Assembly: GCA_028285755.1 (NCBI GenBank)
Contig: JANQOQ010000004.1
Span: 134,720 to 198,719, forward strand
Direction: 5' to 3'
DNA length: 64,000 bases
DNA from: Puniceicoccaceae bacterium
Lineage (GTDB): Bacteria > Verrucomicrobiota > Verrucomicrobiia > Opitutales > JAFGAQ01
This document shows, piece by piece, positions 34,646 to 44,808 of the stretch. Within the stretch, counting starts at the first letter, position 1, and every line of letters begins with the position of its first letter. A program made the translations under genes and the position numbers. A model generated the notes under the pieces. The model did no database searches and was not told where the DNA came from. It worked only from the letters and a program-made list of their open reading frames with translations.

Positions 34646-34755
34646 ATTATAGAATGCATCGCTGTAGCTTATAAATAGCTGGCTGCATTAGACGGTGTGA
34701 TTTAATCTTGATTTCAGGCAATCTATAAGCGATTTTGATAATACCCGCCTCGATT

Positions 34756-37725
34756 ATGAATATTCGCATTCTCTCAATAACGATCTGGGTGCTTGTTTTC
34801 TCATTCTCATCTTCAAGTGCCGCAATAACAGATAAATCATCTCAAATTCAGGAATCATTAAATTCTGAACTGGAGATTAGGGCAGACAGCCCTGAAAATC
34901 GGAAAGCCCTGCTCGAGGCTTACATTAATGGTGATTCTGAAGCCCTCGTTAATCTGGAAGTGACAGCGCTTTATGAGACCGCATTACAGCAGAAAGCCCA
35001 AAAGGCTACTCCAAGTAGCCTACAGAAGAGCGGCGAGTTTGTAGGCACGCCCACCGACGAGCCTCTGTTTGGTGAGCTCTGGCATATCACCAACAATGGA
35101 AGTAATGGGGGTAAACGCGGTGAGGATATCAACGTATTGGCAGCCTGGGATCAGGGATATTCCGGTCAGAGTAAAATAATCGGCTTTATTGATTCAGCGG
35201 TGGAAGGCACCCACCCGGATTTAGGCAGTAACTACCGCTTTGATCTGAGTTTCGACTTTGCCGAAAATGATGATACCCCCTGGGAACCGGGAATAACCGA
35301 TAGCAGCGGCACTGCGGTGGCAGGATTAGCCGTGGCAGCCGATAATGATATTGGCATTATAGGAGTTGCCTACGAGGCTCACTTTACTTCTCTGCGCCTG
35401 CTCGAGCCTGCGGATACCGACAGTGCGAATGCCCCGCAGGTATTTACCCACGAAAATCAGAATATCGATATTTATAATATCGGCTTCGGTTATGATTCAA
35501 ACAGTATCAATTTCAAATCGTTGCCGGATGCCAGCCAAGCGGCAATCATGGAGGGCATCACCAATGGACGGGATGGACTTGGCTCCATCTATGTGGTTGC
35601 TGGGGGCAATGATCGGGGCAGAGATGCCATGACAAACTATTTTGCGCTCACAAGCTCACCCTATACTATTGCTGTAGGTTCAGTTGATAATACAGGTAAC
35701 GTTGCGGGTTTCAGTAACCCTGGCAGCACACTCTTTGTAAGTGCACCCAGCTCCGGCACCCTAGTGGGACTTACTACTACCGATGCAACGGCCGACAACG
35801 GCTATGTTTCCACCAACTATATCTCCGATTTTTCGGGAACCTCAGCTTCAGCATCCATGGTATCGGGTGTAATCGCGCTTATGCTGGAGGCAAACTCAGG
35901 TCTTTCGTGGAGAGACGTCCGGCATGTTTTGGCAAACACTGCTTTCCCCATTAATCCGGGTGATGAGGGCTGGCAAGAAAATGGTGCCGGGTTTTTCGTG
36001 AACCATGATTATGGGTTTGGGCGCGTAGATGCAACCGCAGCCATAGCCGGTGCCATGGCCTGGCAAAGTGTGGGTAACCTTGTCAATCTGGAATATACCA
36101 ACTCAGAGGCAGTCGTGATCCCCGATAATGACGAAACGGGAGTGACCAGCACCATTCAGGTAACTGAGAACATCATCCTCGAAAACGTAGAGATAACCGT
36201 TGTAAGTGACCACACTTACTGGGGAGATCTCATCATCCGCCTAAAATCACCCAGTGGGACTATAAGTGAGATAACACAAGCCAACTCTCTTAACAACAAT
36301 CAATACGGCGAGTGGACATTTAGCACGGTTTTTAATTGGGGTGAAGAATCAATCGGCGAATGGGAAATTTTTATTGAAGATGAATTCTCAAATGATACGG
36401 GATCTCTTAACTCATGGACCTTAAAATTAAGCGGCACTGAAATCACCGATACCACGAATCAACGGCCCGTTGCTGAAAATGATCTCGTAATTGTTCAGCG
36501 GGGCTCTGAGAATATTGTGGATATTTTCTCTAATGATTCCGAGCCTGACGGCGACCCCCTGAACCCAATTTCTTTTTACCAACCTGCATTTGGTACATTG
36601 GTTTACGATGCAGAGGGCAATCTGGTATATACTCCCAATGAAAACTTTGGCGGGGTAGATAGCTTTGGTTATACCCTTATGGATAGTCAGGGCAGTACAG
36701 ATAAGGCAATCGTTACGCTCAACGATGTCGTGCCCTTTGCGAATCAGGATCAGGTCGTCACCCAAATGAATACGAGTACGGAATTTGATCCTATATTTAA
36801 CGATGTGGATGTTAATGAAAATCAACTCTCCGTAGAAAGCATCGGAGATGCTGCCAATGGATCAGTAGCATTAAGCAACATCAACAATGATATCGTTTTT
36901 ACTCCAGATCAGGATTTCAGAGGGCACAATCAGTTTAATTACGTTGTAACCGATAATACCGATGGAACCGATACCGGACTGGTCAATGTATTCGTCACCG
37001 AGTCCGACGACTTTGCAGCACTCTTACCAGGATCCAATGAATATGTCATTACTCTCAGCAACGCGTTTACTCAAAATACAGGTTTCAGTTACGAATGCTG
37101 GTTTTACCCACTAGAGTATGCAGCACCGGACAGTGACTTCAGCTTCTTGTTTTCAAATAACTCAATAGCCATTGCCGTCATTAAGTCTCAATTTACCGAT
37201 GCCAATGCCAGGTCCCTCGTTCTACTGGCGATTACTGAGGATTTAGACGTAGTGGATTTCATAGCCCCTGCAGATATAATTGATCTCAATAAATGGCAGC
37301 ACCTCGCAGTGACTTATGCGCCCATAACCGGCTTTAAAATGTATTTGGATGGGGTTGAAGTAGCGTTAACACCAGGCTCCACGGAGACTTTGGATCCTGG
37401 AGCCTTGAACCGGGGAATCTTAGGCTTTATTGGTAATACTGGAGCACTAAGAACGGGATTTCGTGGTCTTGTCGATGATTTTCGCTATTGGGACATTAGT
37501 CGAACACAAGACCAAATCAATACTTCCATGAACGGCTTGGCAGACGAAGAATTAGGACCATTATCTCCATTACTGGCCTACTTCAAATTTGATGAAGGCA
37601 GAGAGATTTTTGTAAATGATATCTCCCGAGGAGGAGCCATTGCTAATCTCCGACTTGGTTTGTGGAGTCCCAAGGATGTTGATCTCATTCAGTATCAGGT
37701 AGATAACCTGCTGAATGCTCCCTAG
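34756..37725 (+). CDS. Secreted kexin/furin-like subtilase (S8 + P-domain) with two cadherin/Ig-like repeats and a C-terminal LamG domain; catalytic His replaced by Ser
   Basis: Numbering follows the ORF-track protein from TTG 34735. I prefer ATG 34756 (MNIRILSITIWVLVF..). The Asp motif is IIGFID153SAVEGTHPDL. The His-motif position reads ITDSS191GTAVAGLAVA, where furin has NRHGTRCAG. The oxyanion motif is VVAGGND and the Ser motif FSGTS370ASASMVSG. The P-domain is ..HTYWGDLIIRLKSPSGT..WTLKLSG. Two repeats follow (..VAENDLV..NDSEPDGDPL..). LamG is ..WQHLAVTY..LVDDFRYWD... Confidence 0.85.
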   Translation: MNIRILSITIWVLVFSFSSSSAAITDKSSQIQESLNSELEIRADSPENRKALLEAYINGDSEALVNLEVTALYETALQQKAQKATPSSLQKSGEFVGTPTDEPLFGELWHITNNGSNGGKRGEDINVLAAWDQGYSGQSKIIGFIDSAVEGTHPDLGSNYRFDLSFDFAENDDTPWEPGITDSSGTAVAGLAVAADNDIGIIGVAYEAHFTSLRLLEPADTDSANAPQVFTHENQNIDIYNIGFGYDSNSINFKSLPDASQAAIMEGITNGRDGLGSIYVVAGGNDRGRDAMTNYFALTSSPYTIAVGSVDNTGNVAGFSNPGSTLFVSAPSSGTLVGLTTTDATADNGYVSTNYISDFSGTSASASMVSGVIALMLEANSGLSWRDVRHVLANTAFPINPGDEGWQENGAGFFVNHDYGFGRVDATAAIAGAMAWQSVGNLVNLEYTNSEAVVIPDNDETGVTSTIQVTENIILENVEITVVSDHTYWGDLIIRLKSPSGTISEITQANSLNNNQYGEWTFSTVFNWGEESIGEWEIFIEDEFSNDTGSLNSWTLKLSGTEITDTTNQRPVAENDLVIVQRGSENIVDIFSNDSEPDGDPLNPISFYQPAFGTLVYDAEGNLVYTPNENFGGVDSFGYTLMDSQGSTDKAIVTLNDVVPFANQDQVVTQMNTSTEFDPIFNDVDVNENQLSVESIGDAANGSVALSNINNDIVFTPDQDFRGHNQFNYVVTDNTDGTDTGLVNVFVTESDDFAALLPGSNEYVITLSNAFTQNTGFSYECWFYPLEYAAPDSDFSFLFSNNSIAIAVIKSQFTDANARSLVLLAITEDLDVVDFIAPADIIDLNKWQHLAVTYAPITGFKMYLDGVEVALTPGSTETLDPGALNRGILGFIGNTGALRTGFRGLVDDFRYWDISRTQDQINTSMNGLADEELGPLSPLLAYFKFDEGREIFVNDISRGGAIANLRLGLWSPKDVDLIQYQVDNLLNAP

Positions 37726-37777
37726 TCTGCTGATTTCTGCATCGACCTTTGCGGCGGACTATTCATAAGTTCTGTAA

Positions 37778-38287
37778 ATGCAATGGATTCCTGATTTTGT
37801 AAGCTCTCCGACTTTCTGGGCGATGAGCGTGCTTTGGGTGTTTTTCATCGCGGGTTTCATATTAACGATCCTGCCGATTGCCCCCGGTAACTTCATCGTG
37901 CTCGGAGGGATCGTAATCCACAAGCTGTGGGTACCCTGCTATTCAGTCAGTTGGGAATTCATATTTATAATGCTCGGGCTATCCTTGTTAGCGATGGCGG
38001 GTGATTATGCACTCACCTATTTTGGTGCGAAAAAGTTTGGGGCTACGTGGCGAGGAGGTGTGGGCGCGATAGTAGGTGCGATTGCAGCCATTTTTATTCC
38101 TCCGCAGTTGCTTACACTGATTCTGGGTCCCTTGATTGGAGCTATCGTTTTTGAGCTTGTGGGAGGCCAGGAATGGAGAAAAGCGGGAAGAGCCGGTTTG
38201 GGCTCATTTCTGGGGGGCATCGCAGCCACACTTGCCAAAGTCATGCTTTCCGCTATCATGATTATAGGATTCTTTTTCTATAATTAA
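37778..38287 (+). CDS. DUF456-like small integral membrane protein
   Basis: 169 aa with four hydrophobic segments and Gly-rich helices (..GGVGAIVGAIAAIF..LGSFLGGIAATLAK..). The family is recalled from memory. Confidence 0.6.
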   Translation: MQWIPDFVSSPTFWAMSVLWVFFIAGFILTILPIAPGNFIVLGGIVIHKLWVPCYSVSWEFIFIMLGLSLLAMAGDYALTYFGAKKFGATWRGGVGAIVGAIAAIFIPPQLLTLILGPLIGAIVFELVGGQEWRKAGRAGLGSFLGGIAATLAKVMLSAIMIIGFFFYN

Positions 38288-38288
38288 G

Positions 38289-38966
38289 GTGGATCAACAA
38301 GTTACAGCTCATACAACCCCGCAAACCGTCGACTGGGGACTCACCCAATATCAGGAGGCTTTGGATAAGCAGCTCACTTATGTGCAGGAGCGTATCGCGA
38401 ATCAAAGAGCGGATACGCTGGTATTTAATGAGCATCATCCCGTCTACACAATGGGTAAACGCATCGGTACCGGCAACCATTTGATCTGGCAGGCGGAGCA
38501 GCTTAAGAAGGTGGGTATCGAAGTCGCAGAGACGAATCGTGGTGGTGATATCACCTATCACGGGCCGGGGCAGATTGTGGGTTACCCAATCATGAGCCTG
38601 CGAGGACGGAAGGATCTCCATGCTTACCTGCGCGATCTTGAGGAGGTCATCATTCAAACGCTCAAGAGTTACGGGCTGGACACGAGCCGCCGTGAAGGAA
38701 TGACCGGTATCTGGCTGGGCAACCGCAAAATCGCCGCAATCGGTGTAGCGGTTAAGCAATGGGTCACCTATCATGGCTTTGCGCTGAATGTACAGCCGAA
38801 TATGAGTCACTTTAATGGGATTGTGCCCTGTGGCCTGCATGGCACTGAGGTAACGTCTCTCAAGGAGGAATGCCAGCAGGAATTTGATATGGACGCAGTA
38901 AAGCGGGTATTAGAAGTTGAATTCTGGAAAATTTTCACACACTATGCCTCGTATGGTCAGAAATAA
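38289..38966 (+). CDS. lipB: Octanoyltransferase (lipoyl(octanoyl) transferase)
   Basis: 225 aa with a GTG start. It has ..EHHPVYTMGKR.., ..RGGDITYHGPGQIVGYPI.., ..KIAAIGV..HGFALNV.. and ..IVPCGL... Confidence 0.9.
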   Translation: MDQQVTAHTTPQTVDWGLTQYQEALDKQLTYVQERIANQRADTLVFNEHHPVYTMGKRIGTGNHLIWQAEQLKKVGIEVAETNRGGDITYHGPGQIVGYPIMSLRGRKDLHAYLRDLEEVIIQTLKSYGLDTSRREGMTGIWLGNRKIAAIGVAVKQWVTYHGFALNVQPNMSHFNGIVPCGLHGTEVTSLKEECQQEFDMDAVKRVLEVEFWKIFTHYASYGQK

Positions 38967-39834
38967 GCCCAACTGGTTGAAGGCAAAACTACCGACCGGC
39001 TCGAAGTATAAAGACGTTCGTAATCTGGTAGATAGCAATAAGTTACACACGGTGTGCCAGAGCGCACAGTGCCCGAATATGGGTGAATGCTGGTCCCGCG
39101 GGACGGCGACACTCATGATTTTGGGTAACATCTGTACGCGTGCCTGCCGCTTCTGCGCAATCCAGACCGGTAGGCCTACGGAACTTGACCTCGGCGAACC
39201 GGCACGCGTTGCCCTCGCCGTTCAAAAAATGAATTTAAAGCACTGTGTGGTTACTTCTGTAGCCCGCGATGACTTAAAGGACGGCGGCGCTTCGGTTTGG
39301 GCTGCCACCATTCGTGCTATTAAAAACTTAAACCCAAATACCGCAGTAGAGGTATTGACTCCTGATTTTCTGGGCCGTTTGCAGCATTTGGACACTGTAT
39401 TAGATGCAAATCCCGACATTTATAATCATAATATGGAGACGGTTAAGCGTCTGCAGCGTGCGATTCGCCGGACCGCTAATTATGAGCGCACCATTAAGGT
39501 GCTGCGACATTCGGCTGAGCGCGGATTTCCCACAAAATCAGGCATCATGCTCGGCATTGGCGAGCAGAAGGAAGAAGTCGAAGAGATTTTTAAAGATATG
39601 TATGAGGCTGGAGTGCGCATCCTGACTATCGGACAGTATTTACAACCTACGCCCGATCATGAGCCGATCGACCGCTGGGTGACTCCCGAAGAGTTTGCAT
39701 TTTGGAAAAAATGGTGCCTGGATCTCGGCTACGAAGTCGTTGAGTCCGGCCCCTTAGTCCGTTCATCCTACCATGCAGATGAGCAGTCTGACCGCTATTC
39801 ACGCAAAGATAGTGAACTTGCGGAAACCGCCTAA
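38944..39834 (+). CDS. lipA: Lipoyl synthase (radical SAM)
   Basis: ..KPNWLKAKLP.., CQSAQCPNMGECW (auxiliary cluster), CTRACRFCAI (radical-SAM CxxxCxxC) and ..SGIMLGIGE... I prefer ATG 38944. The ORF track starts at TTG 38917. Confidence 0.95.
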   Translation: MPRMVRNKPNWLKAKLPTGSKYKDVRNLVDSNKLHTVCQSAQCPNMGECWSRGTATLMILGNICTRACRFCAIQTGRPTELDLGEPARVALAVQKMNLKHCVVTSVARDDLKDGGASVWAATIRAIKNLNPNTAVEVLTPDFLGRLQHLDTVLDANPDIYNHNMETVKRLQRAIRRTANYERTIKVLRHSAERGFPTKSGIMLGIGEQKEEVEEIFKDMYEAGVRILTIGQYLQPTPDHEPIDRWVTPEEFAFWKKWCLDLGYEVVESGPLVRSSYHADEQSDRYSRKDSELAETA

Positions 39835-39870
39835 CTTACCCTTTTGTTCATAACCACAAATTGAATCATT

Positions 39871-41001
39871 GTGTCTATAAAAGATTCCACTAAGAGCTCC
39901 AAGGCCAAAAAATTCGTAACTTACGAAGAGGTTCTGGAGAGTACTACTGATTACAGCGAAGTTCCCGTTAATGCCAAATTGAGCGCAAAGGATAAACTGC
40001 ACCTATATCGCGAAATGATACGCATACGCAGGTTTGAGGAGCGCACCCTGAGGGTTTACCAGCAAGGGAAGATTGGTGGCTTTTTGCACCTCTATATCGG
40101 GCAGGAGTCCATTGCTGCTTCCTGTGCATCGCTCATGGGTGATAATGACCATATCATCACCGCCTACCGTGACCACGGCATCGGCCTGGCTGTTGGCATG
40201 AGCATGAATGAGTGTATGGCTGAGCTGCAGGGTAAATTTACCGGTTGCTCCAAGGGTAAGGGAGGTTCTATGCACTACTTTGCACCCGATAAGAACTACT
40301 GGGGCGGTCACGGTATCGTGGGGGGGCAAACCCCATTGGGTCTTGGCCTAGCATACGCATTGAAATATAAAGAGCTCGAAGGTTGCGCGCTGTGCTTATT
40401 GGGAGATGGGGCAGTAAATCAAGGAGCCTTTCATGAATCGCTCAATCTCGCATCGCTTTGGGACATCCCTGTTGTCTACGTCATTGAAAACAACGGTTAC
40501 TCCATGGGTACCAGTCAGGAGCGCTCATCGGCCGGCCAGGTATTGGCAAAACGTGCGGATGCCTACGAGATGAATTGGGATGCAGGCCACGGCAATGATG
40601 TATACGAAGTGCGCGCTAAGCTACATGATGCCATGGAGCTTGCACGCAAGAAACATAAGCCCAGCATTGTGGAGCTCATAACTTATCGCTATCGCGGGCA
40701 CTCCATGTCGGACCCTGATAAAACCTACCGCACAAAGGAAGAGATCGAAAATTATAAGAAGACCAAGGATCCTATCACCCTGTTTGAAGACCGTCTCAAG
40801 AAGGAGAAGGTGCTCGATGAGGATGCGATTAAGGCTATTCATAAGGAAGCGACTGAAGAGGCTGAAGCTTCAGCCCAGTTTGCAGATAACAGCCCATTTC
40901 CGCAACCCTCAGAAATCATGGACGACATTTACTGGGAAGCGGATAACCCGAATCAACGCAGCTCAGAGGGAAGCCTGTTTTTCGAAACCCTCGAATCCTA
41001 A
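39871..41001 (+). CDS. pdhA: Pyruvate (or acetoin) dehydrogenase E1 component, alpha subunit
   Basis: 376 aa with a GTG start. It has ..GFLHLYIGQE.., ..LGDGAVNQGAFHESLN.. (TPP GDG-N) and ..YRYRGHSMSDP... Confidence 0.9.
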   Translation: MSIKDSTKSSKAKKFVTYEEVLESTTDYSEVPVNAKLSAKDKLHLYREMIRIRRFEERTLRVYQQGKIGGFLHLYIGQESIAASCASLMGDNDHIITAYRDHGIGLAVGMSMNECMAELQGKFTGCSKGKGGSMHYFAPDKNYWGGHGIVGGQTPLGLGLAYALKYKELEGCALCLLGDGAVNQGAFHESLNLASLWDIPVVYVIENNGYSMGTSQERSSAGQVLAKRADAYEMNWDAGHGNDVYEVRAKLHDAMELARKKHKPSIVELITYRYRGHSMSDPDKTYRTKEEIENYKKTKDPITLFEDRLKKEKVLDEDAIKAIHKEATEEAEASAQFADNSPFPQPSEIMDDIYWEADNPNQRSSEGSLFFETLES

Positions 41002-41019
41002 CCAATTTATCTATTTACC

Positions 41020-41994
41020 ATGCGAAACATTACGTATCGTCAGGCATTAAATGAAGCCCTCGCCGAGGAATTGACGCGCGATGAAAACGTCGTGATCATC
41101 GGTGAGGAAGTCGCCCAATTTGATGGGGCCTATAAGGTGACCGAGGGCTTGCTCAAAAAATTTGGGGACAAGCGTGTCGTGGATGCACCGATCAGCGAAG
41201 CCGGTTTTATCGGCATGGGCATAGGCGCCTCTATGCTGGGCATTCGACCGGTGATGGAGCTCATGTTCTGGAGCTTTGCTTATGTCGCCTTTGACCAGAT
41301 CATCAATAACGCTGCCAATGTACGCTACATGTCAGGCGGATTGATTCACTGCCCGATCGTCGTGCGCGGTCCTGCCAATGGCGGCACTGCAGTGGGAGCA
41401 ACCCACTCACACACGCCCGAAAATTTCATTGCGAATACTCCCGGACTCAAGGCGGTATGCCCGGCCACGGCTTATGACGCCAAAGGCCTCATGAAGGCAT
41501 CCATCCGGGACAATGATCCGGTCATGTTTATGGAGAACACCATTCTCTACAATGAGAAATGGGATGTTCCTGAAGAGGAGTATGTGGTTCCCCTCGGGAA
41601 AGCGGATGTTAAAAAGGAAGGTAAGGATTTGACGATCATTGCTCACGGAAGGTCCGTAGTGATGAGCCTCAAAGCCGCTGAAATCCTGGATGAGAAACAC
41701 AACATCAATGCAGAGGTGGTAGATTTACGCTCCATCCGCCCCTTGGATGAAGAAACCATTCTGGAATCCGTGAAAAAGACGAATAACGTGGTGTTGGTTG
41801 AGGAGAACAAACCGTTCTGCGGAGTGGATGCACAGATCGCATCCATGATTCAGGAAAAGGCCTTTGACTATCTGGATTCGCCCATCAAGCGTGTCTCTGC
41901 GATTGACGCACCTGCTATCTACAGTATGCCTTTAGAAAAACTCCAGTTACCGGATGCTGAACGCATCGTAAACAAAGTGCTTAAAGCGATCTAA
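41020..41994 (+). CDS. pdhB: Pyruvate (or acetoin) dehydrogenase E1 component, beta subunit
   Basis: 324 aa with ..VIIGEEVAQFDGAYKVT.., ..RVVDAPISEAGF.. and ..VDLRSIRPLD... Confidence 0.92.
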   Translation: MRNITYRQALNEALAEELTRDENVVIIGEEVAQFDGAYKVTEGLLKKFGDKRVVDAPISEAGFIGMGIGASMLGIRPVMELMFWSFAYVAFDQIINNAANVRYMSGGLIHCPIVVRGPANGGTAVGATHSHTPENFIANTPGLKAVCPATAYDAKGLMKASIRDNDPVMFMENTILYNEKWDVPEEEYVVPLGKADVKKEGKDLTIIAHGRSVVMSLKAAEILDEKHNINAEVVDLRSIRPLDEETILESVKKTNNVVLVEENKPFCGVDAQIASMIQEKAFDYLDSPIKRVSAIDAPAIYSMPLEKLQLPDAERIVNKVLKAI

Positions 41995-42014
41995 CCCAAA
42001 CCTATTGCTATACT

Positions 42015-43349
42015 ATGGCTGAAATTATCGAAATGCCCAAGCTGAGCGACACTATGAGTGTCGGCACCATTGTTTCCTGGTTAAAGAAGGAAGGCGAAGC
42101 TGTCTCTTCCGGTGATATGATTGCTGAAATCGAAACAGATAAGGCTACCATGGAAATGGAGGTTTTCTCTGATGGAGTGCTTATTAAACAATACGCTAAA
42201 GCGGGCGACCAGGTAGCCGTGGGAGATCCTATCGCAGCGATTGGTGAAAAAGGCGAAGCCGCACCTGAAGTGGCCGCAGCTGCTCCTGCCACAGACACTG
42301 AACCCGAACCTGCGAAAGAGGAAAAAACCGCAGCTCCTGAGCCCGTAGCCGAAGCTCCGGCACCCAAGGTCGAGGCTGCCCCTGCTCCCGCACCTGCATC
42401 CGTAGAATCAAAAAGCGGAGAACGCATCAAGGCGTCCCCACTCGCCAAAAAGCTCGCGAGTGAAAAGAATGTAGATTTAAGCAGCATCCAGGGAACCGGT
42501 CCCGGAGGTAGAATTGTTAAGGCGGATATCATGGCTGCGCTCGAAGCGGGTACCGCTTCCGCACCAGTCGCGAGTGCCCCTGCGGCATCGTCGAGTGCAC
42601 CTATCCAGGTGCCGGATCTGCCATTGAGCGGTATGCCGATCACTGAGGATAAGGACGTGCCGGTATCCAACATGCGAACGGTCATCGCAAATCGACTGCT
42701 GCAATCGAAGACTGAGATCCCGCACTTCTATCTGGATATCGAGGTGGATATGGCTCCATTGATGGCTCTGCGTAAGAGTATCAATGCAAAAACCGCAGAG
42801 ATTCCACCCGAGCAAGGCGGAGTTAAGTTCTCGGTGAACGATTTTATATTAAAAGCATCTGTCGAAGCGCTACGCAAGGTGCCCGCTGCGAATAGCTCCT
42901 GGCAAGGTACCCATATCAAACAACAGGGGGCAGTCCATCTTGCATTTGCAGTCGCTTTGGATGATGGCTTGGTAACACCAACCATCAAGAACGCCCATTT
43001 GAAAGGGCTGCGGCAGATAAGCCTCGAAGCGAAATCACTGATCCAAAAAGCGCAAAGCAAGAAATTGAAACCGGACGAGATGACTGGTGGGACGTTTACC
43101 GTTACGAATCTCGGCATGTTTGGCATCTATAGTTTCTTTGGGATCATCAATCCCCCGAATGCAGCGATTCTTTCCGTGGGAGCTACTATCAAGAAACCGG
43201 TCGTGAATGCGAAGGGCGAAATTGTTCCCGGAGATCGCATGCACATAGGCATCAGTGGCGATCACCGTGCGATTGATGGCGCTGTGGGGGCACAGTATCT
43301 CTCAGCACTTAAGGAAGTGATTGAGAATCCAGCAATGATGCTGATCTAG
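42015..43349 (+). CDS. pdhC: Dihydrolipoamide acetyltransferase (E2), single lipoyl domain
   Basis: 444 aa. The lipoyl-Lys motif is ..IAEIETDKATMEME... An Ala/Pro/Glu-rich linker and an E3/E1-binding domain (..ASPLAKKLA..GTGPGGRIVKADI..) follow. The catalytic motif is ..SGDHRAIDGA... Confidence 0.9.
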   Translation: MAEIIEMPKLSDTMSVGTIVSWLKKEGEAVSSGDMIAEIETDKATMEMEVFSDGVLIKQYAKAGDQVAVGDPIAAIGEKGEAAPEVAAAAPATDTEPEPAKEEKTAAPEPVAEAPAPKVEAAPAPAPASVESKSGERIKASPLAKKLASEKNVDLSSIQGTGPGGRIVKADIMAALEAGTASAPVASAPAASSSAPIQVPDLPLSGMPITEDKDVPVSNMRTVIANRLLQSKTEIPHFYLDIEVDMAPLMALRKSINAKTAEIPPEQGGVKFSVNDFILKASVEALRKVPAANSSWQGTHIKQQGAVHLAFAVALDDGLVTPTIKNAHLKGLRQISLEAKSLIQKAQSKKLKPDEMTGGTFTVTNLGMFGIYSFFGIINPPNAAILSVGATIKKPVVNAKGEIVPGDRMHIGISGDHRAIDGAVGAQYLSALKEVIENPAMMLI

Positions 43350-44773
43350 CGGATAACCAAACCATCCACAATTTCCGGTTTTTCGTCGAGGTCTGTCCAC
43401 GCTTCGACGAAAGACTGCTCATCATAGGCAAAGCTCGGATCGATCTCTATTTTGATTGCCGGTAGACCAGTTTCATCCACAGCTATACTCTCCCCTGCCG
43501 CCAATAACCAGCGGGCAAACATTTTAAGCTGATCACGTTCGCAGGACTCCGGAGAATCGACCCCCTCGGCATTCTTGACCGGGCTAAAGTCGTCCTCGCG
43601 ATTGGCCTCAATCACGACTGGATTCTTTGCATGAGGCAGGGCATCAAATACAAACATCTCAAATTTGACCCCATTCGGTTCGCTTGGCTTTTCAGTGGTT
43701 CCTGCTGCGGTTAACTGAGGCACCTTTTTTACTGCCTTGTGGAAAGGCAGACTCTCGTTGGAGTCTTCTCCACCCATACGCTTAATAAAATCTACGTCAA
43801 ACATGTGGATGGCGACACTTCCAGCCTTGAAGCTGAGCTCTCCTTCTGCATCCGTCTGCTCCTGATATTCATCCGGCAGATCGCTGTATTCAACTACAAC
43901 CATATTATCCTGATACATGCAGAAGTGCCCTACCTTTTCCTTAGGATAGGCTTTCGGAATCATTTTGCTGCTCATTTCGGAGCCCTTTTGCACGTGAAAG
44001 CCAACAAAGTAAGGATCAATGAATTTCACAAGGGGATTATCCACCTGCCAATAGGATAGTATCTCTATTCCCTGATCTTTCATTAAATCAATGGAACCGC
44101 TGCGATTCAAAGCCCTGAGCGAACCCCCGTGCCCATCCGGACTCATTGCCACTTTCGATTTGGATTCCATGATCATTTTACCCTCAAAATCCACCGCAGG
44201 CATCAAACCCTGGGTAAATAATCGTACATTTTCATCTTTTAACCCAAAATATTGATGTTTTTTAAAGAAATCTTCGGTTTGCTGATGATTGACGAGGCTG
44301 GTCATTATGAACCAATAGAAGGGGCTGCCGTAAGCCTTTTCCGCATGTTTAAGCTTGGCGGCAAAGATTTCAAAGAGACTCGCCTTGGTAACGGGACTGA
44401 CCGGATAAGTACCTTTGGGGCCATTATAGCCTAACCGGGTGCCCTGCCCTCCAGCTACTGTAAATGCCGCTACCTTGCCGGATGCAAGTGCATCGTTGCC
44501 CAACTCACGAGCCTGTGCCCACAACATGGAATCGCCCCCTTTTTGATAGTGCGGAATATAGGGAGCGGGGCTCAATTGCGCATAGTCGATAGCTTCCTTG
44601 GATTCACTGAGCACATGGATATCTACCAGCTTTTTGATCTCCGCCAAGTCAATATTCTGAGCCTGCCCGAGTAGCTGTTGCCGAGAGCTGACATCCAGTG
44701 TGTCCCAGTATTCAAACACGTGACCTTGACCGTATTGCTCATAGTAATCGATCACTGATTGTAGGTTATCCAT
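43346..44773 (-). CDS. UDP-sugar pyrophosphorylase, UAP1/UDPGP (eukaryotic-type UDP-N-acetylhexosamine pyrophosphorylase) family
   Basis: 475 aa. ..AAFTVAGGQGTRLGYNGPKGTYPV.. is the UDPGP-family nucleotide-binding loop. Also ..SPDGHGG.. and ..LSYWQVDNPL... Confidence 0.8.
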   Translation of the reverse strand: MDNLQSVIDYYEQYGQGHVFEYWDTLDVSSRQQLLGQAQNIDLAEIKKLVDIHVLSESKEAIDYAQLSPAPYIPHYQKGGDSMLWAQARELGNDALASGKVAAFTVAGGQGTRLGYNGPKGTYPVSPVTKASLFEIFAAKLKHAEKAYGSPFYWFIMTSLVNHQQTEDFFKKHQYFGLKDENVRLFTQGLMPAVDFEGKMIMESKSKVAMSPDGHGGSLRALNRSGSIDLMKDQGIEILSYWQVDNPLVKFIDPYFVGFHVQKGSEMSSKMIPKAYPKEKVGHFCMYQDNMVVVEYSDLPDEYQEQTDAEGELSFKAGSVAIHMFDVDFIKRMGGEDSNESLPFHKAVKKVPQLTAAGTTEKPSEPNGVKFEMFVFDALPHAKNPVVIEANREDDFSPVKNAEGVDSPESCERDQLKMFARWLLAAGESIAVDETGLPAIKIEIDPSFAYDEQSFVEAWTDLDEKPEIVDGLVIR

Positions 44774-44808
44774 AATAATAGTTCGTTGATAGGTTAAAGA
44801 TGTAGTTT

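Noticed and set aside
34735-34755. TTG-initiated N-terminal extensions suggested by the ORF track (S8 protein here; also lipA 38917-38943 and galE 50260-50298)
   Set aside because: In each case an in-frame ATG a few codons downstream gives an N-terminus matching the family norm: a signal peptide MNIRIL.., KPNWLKAKLP for LipA, and KILVAGGAGYIG for GalE. The extensions are probably not translated, though I cannot exclude them.
38262-38840. 192-aa ORF antisense to lipB
   Set aside because: The plus-strand frame carries the full set of LipB motifs. The antisense product has none.
42008-42685. 225-aa Ala/Ser/Gly-rich ORF antisense to the E2 gene
   Set aside because: It mirrors the Ala/Pro/Glu-rich inter-domain linker of the E2 acetyltransferase. 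The plus-strand frame has lipoyl-Lys, E3-binding and DHRAIDGA motifs, so the antisense ORF is a compositional artefact. The nucleotide-level repetitiveness here is ordinary linker sequence.
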